A stretch of 63,796 bases of DNA, counting the filler, from Klebsormidium nitens (taxonomy: Eukaryota; Plantae; Klebsormidiophyceae), in the NCBI GenBank assembly GCA_000708835.1. It is 5 parts of 5 records of this genome, joined end to end, with 100 filler letters (N's around TTAATTAATTAA, not from the genome) between each part and the next. Parts side by side here need not be neighbours in the genome. Positions count along the whole stretch, not along the records: positions 1 to 24,433 come from DF237853.1; 4 more parts are not named here. One strand, given 5' to 3'. Positions 1-9,280 of this stretch are shown here, in pieces. The translations under genes and the position numbers were made by a program. Position 1 is the first letter of the stretch. Each line of letters starts with the position of its first letter. The notes below the pieces were generated by a model. That model worked only from the letters and a program-made list of their open reading frames with translations. It was not told the DNA's origin and did no database searches.

Positions 1-2
1 AA

Positions 3-428
3 GCGGCCTCCGCAGACCTGAGGCGCCTGAGCCTCTTCGAGAAGTCTGATGAGTTGGACAACCTGGTGGTGAGGGTTGCATCCGAGGCAACCGAGCATGA
101 GAAGACACGCGTCGCACTGAAGTCGAGGAAACAGGGCTTGGACGATGCACGGAAGGCCCTGGAAGATGCAATGCGCTGCATATTGAGTATACGAAATGAT
201 ATAGAGAGCACCACTCATTCTTGCAGGCACGACATAAATGAAACGGACCCTGAGCCGATGTGCATTCAAGCCGCAGGGTGTCCTTTCAAATCGGATGATG
301 TTCCGATCGCGGCAGGCAACAGTTCACTTGTAGACGCCTTTGCAGCATGCGCGAACGATTTGTGCATCCTAGCCAAATCTCAAAGCCTGCGCAGGGCCCC
401 TACATTCGATTCGCCAGACTTTGCTTAG
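3..428 (+). CDS. Hypothetical helical/coiled-coil protein, 5' truncated by the window edge
   Basis: The frame of ORF 54..428 stays open back to base 3 (AASADLRRLSLFEKSDELDNLVV...). No family recognised. Confidence 0.5.
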   Translation, partial: AASADLRRLSLFEKSDELDNLVVRVASEATEHEKTRVALKSRKQGLDDARKALEDAMRCILSIRNDIESTTHSCRHDINETDPEPMCIQAAGCPFKSDDVPIAAGNSSLVDAFAACANDLCILAKSQSLRRAPTFDSPDFA

Positions 429-527
429 TGCCGGAAACGCGCCCAAGCATGCAGACGAGGATGACCGGAATCAGCACTCACATTCCTTGGTTGATTCTGA
501 CCGCCACCATTTTGACATTCGCAAAGT

Positions 528-929
528 ATGAAATATTGGCCTGACACAAGCCGCTCTCTCATCCTGCAGCGCCTCCCGCTCACGGTGAGGCGGGAGATAG
601 ACATCCGGAAGCTTCTGAGATCCATCGTAGGCCACTGGGATGCAATCACACAGATTAAGTGCCCTCCCGGCAGCTCTTACTGCTGGGTAGAATTGCAGAC
701 GCCCGAGCTCGCCTCCGAGGTTCTAAACAGCTTTCTGGCAGACAGGGATGTACTGCAAGGTGCATATCTACGAAGGCCTTTCGAGTTCAGGAGCCCGGCA
801 GGGCAGCAGGAGGACCCCGACTCCATCCTCCCCACAACACCGGAATTGGAGAAGAGATACAGGGAGTTTCTTGAGATCCTTTCCCCGAACTGGCAATCAG
901 AGGCGCTGCCATATAAATGTATCGTATAG
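528..929 (+). CDS. Putative RRM-fold RNA-binding protein
   Basis: Beta-alpha-beta-beta-alpha pattern LILQRLP..EIDIRKLL..ITQIKC..YCWVEL..PELASEVL, in which YCWVEL resembles RNP1. Confidence 0.45.
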   Translation: MKYWPDTSRSLILQRLPLTVRREIDIRKLLRSIVGHWDAITQIKCPPGSSYCWVELQTPELASEVLNSFLADRDVLQGAYLRRPFEFRSPAGQQEDPDSILPTTPELEKRYREFLEILSPNWQSEALPYKCIV

Positions 930-1629
930 TGAGCTGGTGGACGCCTGGTCCTTGGAGTAGTTGGCAGGGTAGTCGTAGTCTTTGAATGAGTGCCAGCTCC
1001 TCAGTGGTAGGCCTCCCTCCATTGCAGAAGATACGAAAGTCTCCGGGTCGAATAGAGGCTCTGTGATGGACGTCCCGGGCTGGTCGTAGTATCTAGTTCT
1101 GGATTTCATAGACACCCCTAGGGTGCCCCCTGTAGACACTATATCAACATTTGAGTCCGTTGTGGTATCTCCCATGCTCCAACACTTTCAGCACCTTGTC
1201 CCCATTCATTACTGCGCCAATGAATGTCGATGCTTGATCTCTCAGGTGTCGCGTCAAGAGCTCTATCAGCCCCTGATGCGGAACCAGATACTGCACCGCA
1301 AAATTACACATGATGATGTCGAACCTCTCCCCAGCTAGGATGTCAGATATAGCATGAAAGTTGCTGCAGTCTATAGCCGGCTTTATGTCGACGTCCATGC
1401 GTGTCGAAATTGTGCTGCTGCGTCTCAGCGCTTCCTCCAAAGCCATGGCATCCATGTCGAGGGCCACCACCCTGCCTATACGGCGGGATCGGGCTAGCTT
1501 CTGAACATCTCCCATCACCCCACATGCGAGGTCCAGCACGACCAGATCATTTCCATCCCTCGCCATATGCAGCGCATCATGCAGAAGTCGCTCCTTGACT
1601 TTATTGTGGAAGCGGCGGAGTTGTTCCAT
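897..1629 (-). pseudogene. Stand-alone mRNA cap guanine-N7 methyltransferase, frameshifted near 1150
   Basis: ORF 1144..1629 has LRRFHNKVK, the SAM motif VLDLACGVMGD, VALDMD and FDIIMCNFAVQY. ORF 897..1175 in another frame supplies the C-terminal part (TEPLFDPETFVSSA..GL....SF...SSLYDTFIWQR). Confidence 0.85.
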
Positions 1630-1962
1630 GCTTGTGAAGTATACCGCTCACCATGCATTGTCAAGCCCTAAATGACAGAATTGAAAGCCTTTGGAGGTTG
1701 GGGGTTAGTTCTAGTAATTCAAATGTACGGGGCTTTGGTCGCCCTTCGCTGGAGCTTGGACGGCCCAGAGTTCAACAGTTATGTGGACAACCGCATCACA
1801 GCTGAGAATACAGGCTGGATGATTTCATCGATTGTGCTGACGATTACAGCAGTGTGCATAAGCTGCCCATCCACCCAGATCAGCAATAGTGGTCTAGTGG
1901 AGCTGAATGTATGGATACCGATGGATCAATCACTAGACAAACTACGACAAATCGAAGTCTAT

Positions 1963-3190
1963 CTAGGCTAAGCATGGCATATCTACCATGGCTCCATCTT
2001 GCAGTGCTCCCCAGGGAACAATATCTCGCAGGGCGCGGAGGAGGATGTTGCGCGCTCCGTTGTGGTCCCTGCCTATCACCAAGTCACATGCCCGGCACTT
2101 GTAGATCTTTGCGGTGCCCAGATCCCTCCTCATGGCCCCGCACCGCCCGCATGTCATGCTCGTGTAGTGCTCCGAGACCACCATCACCTTCACTCCTCGC
2201 TCAGCGGCTTTGGCTATCAGTCGCTGTCTAAACTTGTAATGGGAGAGAAGGCTCAGCCCCCTCACTGTCTTGCTGCCTATCTTGCGTTGAAAGCGACGGC
2301 TCATCTCCCTCGTCTTGAACTCCGGTATAAGAATGACCTTGGCCGTCCTCGTGAGGAACTCCACGCCCTTGTAGTGCATCTCGTCCCGCAGGTTCTGCAA
2401 CTTTCGTCGTGTTTTCAATATTCGGAGTGCAAAGGCCCTCTTGGCCCTCCTGTACTCCTTCGGGATGCGGGCTCGGAAGGAGAGCAACTTGTCCAGCTGC
2501 AGTGCCAACGAGTGGAGACGGGTGGCGGACCCGTTGCCCAGCTCGTAAACCGCATTGGGTGTGTAAACGGCCTGGAAGGTCCGAACTCCGGGGTCCAGAG
2601 AGGCGACCGATTCTCTGATCTCGCTCGCAAGTGAGCCCGCGGCATAAGTGGTCTTTCGTGTGTAAGGCACCAAGAGGTAGTACCGGGCTCCGTTGAACTG
2701 TATCTTGCAGTCCTTCTCGATCGGGCCCATCCTTCCCAGAGTCTCGAAGTCCCAGGCTCCGTAGCTGCCATAGATCTGGAGCCTCCGCTCACCCCGTACC
2801 TTGATCGCGGTCTTCGGAATCTCTATGGTCCAGCCATTCGCGTCCTCCTCCTTCTTCGCTTTGAACGACATTCTCAAAGTGCTGGATGTTGCCGTTCCGG
2901 AGGTTGGTGAAAGCGGCCTTGGCGTTCTTGGCCGCTTCGAATACAGCTCCGGCCCTGATATCCTTGGGGGTGTCGAGAAGCCAGGGCACGTGGCCACACA
3001 CCTCCTGGGGGGTGATGAGATCGCGAAGGTAGTGTTTGTGGAAGACGGATGTCTCGTTCATGAGAAACACCGCCTTGTTGTAGCTGTACCTAGCTCCGTG
3101 CCTCCAGGCGTCGAGCAGCCTCTTCTGGCTTCGGCTCGGGAGCAGTCTGATCTTCCTGGTCCTTCTTAGTTCCGGCTCTCCCTCGGTAGC
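1963..3190 (-). pseudogene. tnpB: Fanzor2/TnpB RNA-guided nuclease with a +1 frameshift at about 2875
   Basis: N-terminal RTRKIRLLPSRSQKRLLDAW..ARYSYNKAV; RuvC-I SLDPGVRTF; Pro at the canonical RuvC-II site (ILIP) with the shifted Glu in VSEHYTS; zinc finger CGRC..CRAC; RuvC-III RDHNGARNI. Removing one base restores QHF-RMSFKAKK. No in-frame ATG is seen near the expected start. Confidence 0.9.
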
Positions 3191-3362
3191 GGCGCTTTCC
3201 GTTCCATCTGCAAGCGAACACCTGAACGACCGCAAGCACGTCCTCTGCGAGCTCTGCCTCCGGGGACTTATCGTCTTGGTCGAGAACCACGAGGTCGACA
3301 CCGTGTCTCTGGAAGTTCCATGAGAGTAGATCGAATCCGAAACGGCACAGTCGGTCCTTGCT
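1969..3362 (-). mobile_element. IS607-family element (tnpA serine recombinase fragment + Fanzor2/TnpB), left end missing
   Basis: Overlapping tnpA-tnpB arrangement typical of IS607 in giant viruses. Boundaries are inferred from restoration of the interrupted ORF. Confidence 0.85.
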
Positions 3363-3371
3363 GGCAACAAC
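3090..3371 (-). pseudogene. tnpA: IS607 TnpA serine recombinase, C-terminal half only
   Basis: VVASKDRLCRFGFDLL..VVLDQ..SPEAELAEDVLAVVQVFACRWNGKRRY matches the IS607 TnpA C-terminal consensus. The HTH and the catalytic-serine segment are absent. Confidence 0.85.
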
Positions 3372-3560
3372 GAGAAGAATGGTCTGATGTTTCGAGAGAG
3401 GCTCGCGTCGGTTCTGGACTCTGGCTTCCGAGGCGCACAGGACTTTGGCAAGGCCTTGATTGCTGGCAAGAAAAGACACTGGAGAGAGTTCCCACTGCGA
3501 GCCATTTGAGCGCCATTTAGGGAGGCCCAAGGCCACGCTTTATGCCAGAGGTCTGCAACG

Positions 3561-5546
3561 ATGAATTCAACCGGGGGGACGACTGCGCCTCTTCCGGTTC
3601 CAACCCCGACGACAACCCCGTTGCCTGCCAGTCCGACAAAGACCCCAATCGCTCAACCGAATAGCACCCCTGCACCGAGCGAAACAGACGAGCCTCTCAT
3701 GACCGATTCGCCTACGCAAACACCCCAGCCTCCATTCCCTACCCAAGACATCCTACCCCTACCTGCAAAAACTCCCCAGCCTGTCGTGACTCAAACACCT
3801 CAGTCTGTCGCGACTCCGTTTCCGACTCAGACACTCCAGCCGATCGCAACTCAGACACCCCAGCCGATCGTGGCTCAGACACCCCAGCCGATCGCCAATC
3901 CTTTCCCAACTTAAACACCCCAGCCGATTGTGACTTCTTTCGCGACTCAGACACCCCAGCCGATCGCGAATCCTTTCCCAACTCAAACACCCCAGCCGAT
4001 CGTGGCTCCTCTCCCAACTCAGACACCCCAGTCGATCGCGAACCCTCTCCCCACTCAAGCAATCCTGCCCTTATCCACTCGAACCCCCCAGCCTCTACCA
4101 ACTCAAGCACCCCAGCCCTTCGTAACTTCTTAGGCTACCCCGGCGCAGCCTTTCACCACTGCACCTTCACAAACTGTGGGGGCGAACCTCCCCCCTTCCC
4201 TAACTTCCGTGCCTGTGCAGGTTCAGAAGGAGCCCCCGCCCGGACCGTCAGTAGCACATGTGACGGGTACTTCGCTCAGTGCGACTGAGAAGGGGCTCGT
4301 TGTGTGTGGAGCGACCTTGGGGGCGGTCCTCATAGTGGCCCTCCTTAACATGCTCTACAGGGTCGTTAAGAGAGTCCTTAAGGGGAAGCCGTTGATCGCT
4401 TCTATGCGAAGCCGGTCCCAGCACGACGAATTCCCAACTTTTGTCGACAGCCAGGCGTACGAACTTCAGCTCTCTGCACGTTCCACTTATGGGCCGGAGC
4501 CATTCACGATTGGTGACCTGAGGCTGGCAACGGACAACTTCTCCGAGGAAAGGGTGCTGGGAGAGGGAGCCTTCGGGAAGGTGTTCAAGGGCCTGCACAA
4601 GAAGAAGCCAATTGCTGTGAAGCAGATGCGGATTCACAGCGGGGGCGATGCGGACAGAGAATTCAGGTCCGAGCTGGAGGTCATCTCGAGGGTCCACCAT
4701 CGCAACCTAGTCAAGCTGCTGGGGTTCGTGGTCGAGGAGGACCAGCGCTACTTGGTCATGGAGTTTATTCCCAATGGCACACTGTATGCAGCTCTGCATC
4801 CTAAGCTTTCGGACGATCCTCTGGACTGGGCTTGCCGCAGGACGGTGGCAATTGGGATTGCCCGGGGCATGGCGTACCTGCACGACGACTGCTACCCGCG
4901 AATCATACACAGAGACCTGAAGAGCAGCAACATCTTACTGGACAACCGATACGAGGCACAGGTCGCGGATTTCGGGCTTGCCAAGCAAGATGAATTCAGC
5001 GCAACCCAGACACACCTGTCTACCAGGGTCATGGGGACATTTGGCTACATGGATCCTGCTTATGCTAATACGGGGCGCCTCACCGAAGAGAGCGACGTTT
5101 ACAGCTTCGGTGTGGTGCTCTTGGAGCTGATCAGCGGACGCAAGGCAGTGGACATTACCAAACCTCCTGGCAAGCAGAGCCTTGTGGAGTGGGCGCGTCC
5201 CCTGATCGAGAAGAAGATGACCTTTCAATTGGCAGACTCTCTGCTCGACAGCGAGTACGATGAGGGGGAGTTGCGGACGATGATACAGGTCGCCTCCAAC
5301 TGCACCAATGCACTGCCCAATAGGAGGCCCGGAATGAAGGAGGTTCTTGCTATCCTCCAGGGCGCCTCCATGGAGCAACAGGCGCCTGCGGGGCAGCTCA
5401 CTCCGGTGTCCGAGGAGATTTCTTCTGTCATGTCCGGCCCGTTAAATGCATCCGATTTGGGTGCCCGCCTCGCCCGTCTTCAATCGGAAGAGGATCCCTA
5501 CAACCAGACCGTCATAGATCCGGAGCGGTTCAGTACGGGTAGGTAG
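3561..5546 (+). pseudogene. Intronless PERK-like RLK/Pelle receptor kinase with two premature stops
   Basis: ORFs 3561, 3930 and 4176 share one frame, separated only by TAA 3912-3914 and TAG 4131-4133. The product is a Pro/Thr-rich ectodomain, one TM (GLVVCGATLGAVLIVALLNMLY) and a kinase with GEGAFGKVFKG, AVK, HRDLKSSNILLD, DFG, GTFGYMDPAY, SDVYSFGVVLLELISG and LVEWARP. Confidence 0.9.
3765..4115 (+). repeat. Coding tandem repeat encoding TQTPQP(I/V)-type units
   Basis: Recurrent actcagacaccccagccgatcg-like units at roughly 11-codon spacing. Confidence 0.85.
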
Positions 5547-5858
5547 CTACAACGACGAGATCGCGCCGAAGATCACGCCAACAGCAACTAATGCCAAATC
5601 CAAGGACCAGATGGTCCCTCCGGAGTCTACCACCACCTGTAAGGGCGGCGGTAATCTTGCAGGCAGGGGGGCTGGACCGGGACGACGAGGCTGCCCCACT
5701 GGAGATGCAGGGGTGAGCATCTCAGGTTTGGAAGGCGCCAGGATAGCTGTTGGGTTTGGATCAGGCGCCAGGATAGCTGTTGGATTTGGAGTGTCCAGAA
5801 TAGCTGGGGTTTCCGTAAGATTGGGATAAGCGGTTTGTTCCGGGGGAGCGGTCGGCAT
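5547..5858 (-). CDS. Pro-rich protein with C-terminal TM segment
   Basis: NPTAILAP repeats, a Pro-rich tract and hydrophobic LALVAVGVIFGAISSL. Its stop codon directly abuts the kinase stop. Confidence 0.55.
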   Translation of the reverse strand: MPTAPPEQTAYPNLTETPAILDTPNPTAILAPDPNPTAILAPSKPEMLTPASPVGQPRRPGPAPLPARLPPPLQVVVDSGGTIWSLDLALVAVGVIFGAISSL

Positions 5859-5878
5859 AATGGGATACTCGATAGGGG

Positions 5879-5902
5879 TTTTAGGGTTTTAGGGTTTTAG
5901 GG
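5879..5902 (+). repeat. Interstitial telomere-type repeat (TTTTAGGG)x3
   Basis: Three perfect TTTTAGGG units preceded by a degenerate unit (ATAGGGG). Confidence 0.85.
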
Positions 5903-5937
5903 TTGCCTGAGCCCGCGTTGCTGCAAGTGACCAAGTT

Positions 5938-6240
5938 CTACGATGCGCTGGTCGTTGCAAAGAAAAGTTGACTGCTCTTGGTAACTACCATGCTTGTTCC
6001 TATACCTACAATGACGTTGAGTGCATTGTCTTGAAAGGCAGTGGAGACATGCCGCAACAGGCGGCACGGTCCTGAGGAGACGGTAATCATGGACAAGAAG
6101 AATCCGTTGCTGCAATGCTGCTGGTGTAGCTTATCGGCCACGAACGAGATGCCATGGCATGCAACGTATGAGCTCGCTGCGTGCATCGTAAGAACAAAAA
6201 TCTTACATGGTATACCTATAGCTAATCGTGCAAAGCCCAT
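5938..6240 (-). CDS. Small hydrophobic protein resembling an uncharacterised NCLDV membrane-protein family
   Basis: Pattern H..S....LH..HC..GFF.S.....S.PC..LR followed by a hydrophobic tail. Family resemblance is recalled from memory and was not verified. Confidence 0.45.
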   Translation of the reverse strand: MGFARLAIGIPCKIFVLTMHAASSYVACHGISFVADKLHQQHCSNGFFLSMITVSSGPCRLLRHVSTAFQDNALNVIVGIGTSMVVTKSSQLFFATTSAS

Positions 6241-6255
6241 CGCCCTTTAGTCATC

Positions 6256-6801
6256 ATGAGTACACAAAACACACATGCACCGAGACGCAATGGGCGCGTC
6301 GTGGAGGTTCCAGGTGATGGCAGCTGTCTTTTCCACAGCGTGTTTATTGCATTCCACTCCCTGCACTCGGGGCACCCAGTTGTGATCAACGACGAGCGGC
6401 TCCTCGTCCAGGCTTCATTGAAGCTGCGACATGCCGCGGTCGATTACGTACTCGAGCACTACAGGAAGCCTCTAGGCGGCATCAAGGGCAACCTGACTGG
6501 GCGCGACCTCGTGCTCCTAGAGTATGGATCCGACGGCGTAGACGGCGAGGAGAGCGTGAAAGGTCCGCTCACATATGCAAGAAAGATGAGGGATGGCAAT
6601 ACATTTGGGGGCAATACTGAGCTTTGTGCGTTGAGCGCCATTCTAAAAGTGGCAGTCGTCGTGGAACAAGCGGCCGGTAAACCACACGTAATTGACACTC
6701 TCGCTGGTCCGCAGATGGACAGTGGCTCTTTGCGAGCCGGGGTTCCTATCCTGCGACTGCTGCTAGTCTCACAGCACTACCGACCTATCCTGCCTACCTG
6801 A
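6256..6801 (+). CDS. OTU-family deubiquitinase/cysteine protease
   Basis: VPGDGSCLFHSV (catalytic Asp/Cys), FGGNTELCALS and C-terminal QHY (catalytic His). ORF intact. Confidence 0.9.
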   Translation: MSTQNTHAPRRNGRVVEVPGDGSCLFHSVFIAFHSLHSGHPVVINDERLLVQASLKLRHAAVDYVLEHYRKPLGGIKGNLTGRDLVLLEYGSDGVDGEESVKGPLTYARKMRDGNTFGGNTELCALSAILKVAVVVEQAAGKPHVIDTLAGPQMDSGSLRAGVPILRLLLVSQHYRPILPT

Positions 6802-9246
6802 AACTGGATCCGGATATCTCTTCGTTGACCCTTCTGATCAGCTCCTCGTGTCTCTGCCACATGTGCATTGGCGCCTTCCACACGAACCCCTGAAGCGGGC
6901 AATAGATTGCAATGTTGTCGACCTTCAGACCATTCAGGCGAGCCAGGCTGAGGTAGCACATCAACTGCAGCACCCATGCCGCCTGGATGCCGCCCTTTTC
7001 CGAACTGCATTTGATGTCATAAACGGTATCTCCGATCACCATGTCGGCGACTCCCCGGAGCGACTTCGTTGAGAGGTCGATGTCCAAGCCGACCCTGAAT
7101 GTCCCCAGCATCAGCTCAGGGGTCACCACATCTCCGGCGGCAAAGTGGCGTAGTGTTCCAATAGCCCTCCTGGTCTCGAAATGAGAGGCCATAATCCCAT
7201 TTACCAGACGCCTGGTGCAAGAGAAGAGTCCCAGATTCTTGTCTTTCACCAAATCCCCCAGGTGCAGCTCCGAAAAGACATAGTGAGTCTTGGCGGGCGG
7301 ATATGCCAGGTGGGCGCATACAGCCACGTCGGCAATGGTCTTGAGAGCATGTGTGCTCTCTGTGTCGTGGTCAAAATTCACATATCGCTTGTAGCTTTTT
7401 CCGATGCGCTCCACAGCGGCTGCAAAGCGAGCCGTCCTCTTGTGAGCATCGTCCTTGGAAGGCCTCGCGAACGAAGGAAGACTTCGATTCTCGTAGTGCA
7501 CCGCCACGTGGCTCTCGGGTAGCTGGAACTCTGCTGCTTTGTTGCGGATCAAGTTCCGAACGTCCTGTTCCGTGGGCTCACGCAAGCGCCAATCATCTTC
7601 GAACGCCTTTGTCCACAGGAAGCACATATTTGCGAAATGGTCCGTCATCTTCACCTCGTCACTCGACCCGCTCTCTCGAAGGCACGCTGACAGTATCTGT
7701 CTGTATATCACTCTCTCTATCACGGAGCCATACAGTGCGTTCACGTCGCCTGTGTATGGAAACGTGTGCACTCCGTGAACCCTCTCCAGGGTAGCGCCTG
7801 GAAACCCCGGGGTAGGAGTCCGCTCGACTTTGCGGTGTCGAAGAAGAGTCCTGGTGCGTGCCTGACGAAGTGGGTGACCGAGCGATTCGGGGGAATCGAC
7901 TCTCCGCAACCGTCACCGAAGATGCCAAAGATGGGGCTCGCAGACTTGGGGTCGCCCATGTCCACCTTGAAGCGAGAGGACTTCACGGGGAATATCATCC
8001 GAGAGATGCACCTGCTGCCGCTCGTGATCACGAGGATGTCCTTGGCCCTGGAGCAAGCAACGTAGTACAGCTGTGCCTCCTGCTGCAGCTCGTCGGGTGT
8101 GAGGAATTTGTTGAACGAGTCTGTGCAGCCCGTCACGATCACGACCCCAAACTCCAGCCCTTTTGCGCCATGGAACGAGCTGATCGTGAGAGGGTCCCCC
8201 TCTCGATGTTTGTGGCTGCTCTCTACGGCGTCGCCGGTACAGATCTTCGTGGGTAGGCCCATCTCGGTGAACTTGTGTGCAAGTGCATATGCCTCCCTCT
8301 GCGTCCTGGACAGGATGGCTATGTCCCCAAGCACGCGCCCCATGTCAGTCACATAGGACTGCACGAGATCTGCCACGAAGCGAATCTCCTCTGACCGCTC
8401 CTCAAACACACAGAGCCTCGGCAGCCACGAGGGAAAGTCGCGAATCGTTGCCATTGGGGGCATGCTCCTGTCTGGGCGCATGTCGTTGCAAAAGTCCACA
8501 ATGGTCTGGGTGCTCCTGTAATTGTTGTTCAGATAGAAAGTGATCGAAGGGTATGTGCCCAGGGTGTCCACTCTGTCCATCAAGTCCGAGTCTGACTTTC
8601 GGAACTTGTAGATACCCTGACATTTGTCCCCGACCATGAAGATGCGTGTTCTGAACCTTTTCACGAGCAGCTCGATTACTCGAAATTGCGTCGCGTCCAG
8701 ATCCTGGCTCTCGTCGACCAGCAGGTAGTCCGGGATCAAGTCCCTGATTGGGGCTGCGATATCAACCTCGTCACCTGCGGCCTCAAATGCCCTCAATAGC
8801 CGGTAAATGTGCTCGTCGCAGAAGAAGACCTCTGCCTCCGCATTCTGGAAGACTGACTCCTTCTCGTCGGGCAGATAGGACACGTCTAGGTCCTCCGCAG
8901 AGTCCGTCGACCATGCACATGCAGCAGGCACGTACCTGAGGCTGTTGTGCAGGATCGGTTCGAATGCCTCGGCAATCTCGAGACACAGGCTGTGGATGGT
9001 CTGCGCCTTGACCACGCCTTGGAGCCTGGAGCCCACATCTGCAGCCGCATGCCTGCTGAAGGTGACGACTCGGATGGCTGACGGTTTCACTCCAAAGTGC
9101 TCGATCAAATGGCATGCCCTCTGAACCAGGACACGGGTCTTGCCACTTCCTGGGCAGGCTAGAACCTTGATGTGGACGTTCTGGGGTGCCACGACGATCT
9201 CTCGTTGCCGCGGGTCGTTGTAGGAGGACTCCATTATCGTGTGCAA
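6794..9246 (-). pseudogene. UvrD/REP-type SF1 helicase fused to a C-terminal PD-(D/E)xK nuclease, frameshifted at about 7805-7812
   Basis: Walker A ACPGSGKT, VDESQD, GDKCQGIYKFR, NYRST, SFHGAKGLEF and LYYVACSRAK in 7741..9246. GVADM..DIK..QLMCY in 6794..7909. The frames switch at a CCCCGGGG run. Confidence 0.85.
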
Positions 9247-9280
9247 ATTGGCGAGGGTGAAGCCTCCCTAAGCCAACGAA

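Larger units (their letters stand above)
1672..3509 (+). pseudogene. Two-TM membrane protein gene interrupted by the IS607 element
   Basis: 1672..1968 (99 codons, two hydrophobic segments) joins in frame to 3366..3509 (47 codons + TGA) when the element is removed, giving ...QIEVYLG|NNEKNGLMFRERLASVLDSG..., 146 aa. GGC is present at both junctions. Confidence 0.55.

Noticed and set aside
450-544. Short TM peptide possibly frameshift-fused to the RRM-like ORF
   Set aside because: There is no homologue or internal evidence to choose between fusion, a separate peptide and chance.
2789-3536. Listed starts of the 238-aa and 148-aa ORFs at 3505 and 3536
   Set aside because: Sequence above about 3371 is the antisense of the interrupted host gene's 3' part and shows no TnpA or TnpB similarity.
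3765-4115. CRISPR or non-coding repeat
   Set aside because: It is in-frame coding repeat of the kinase ectodomain.
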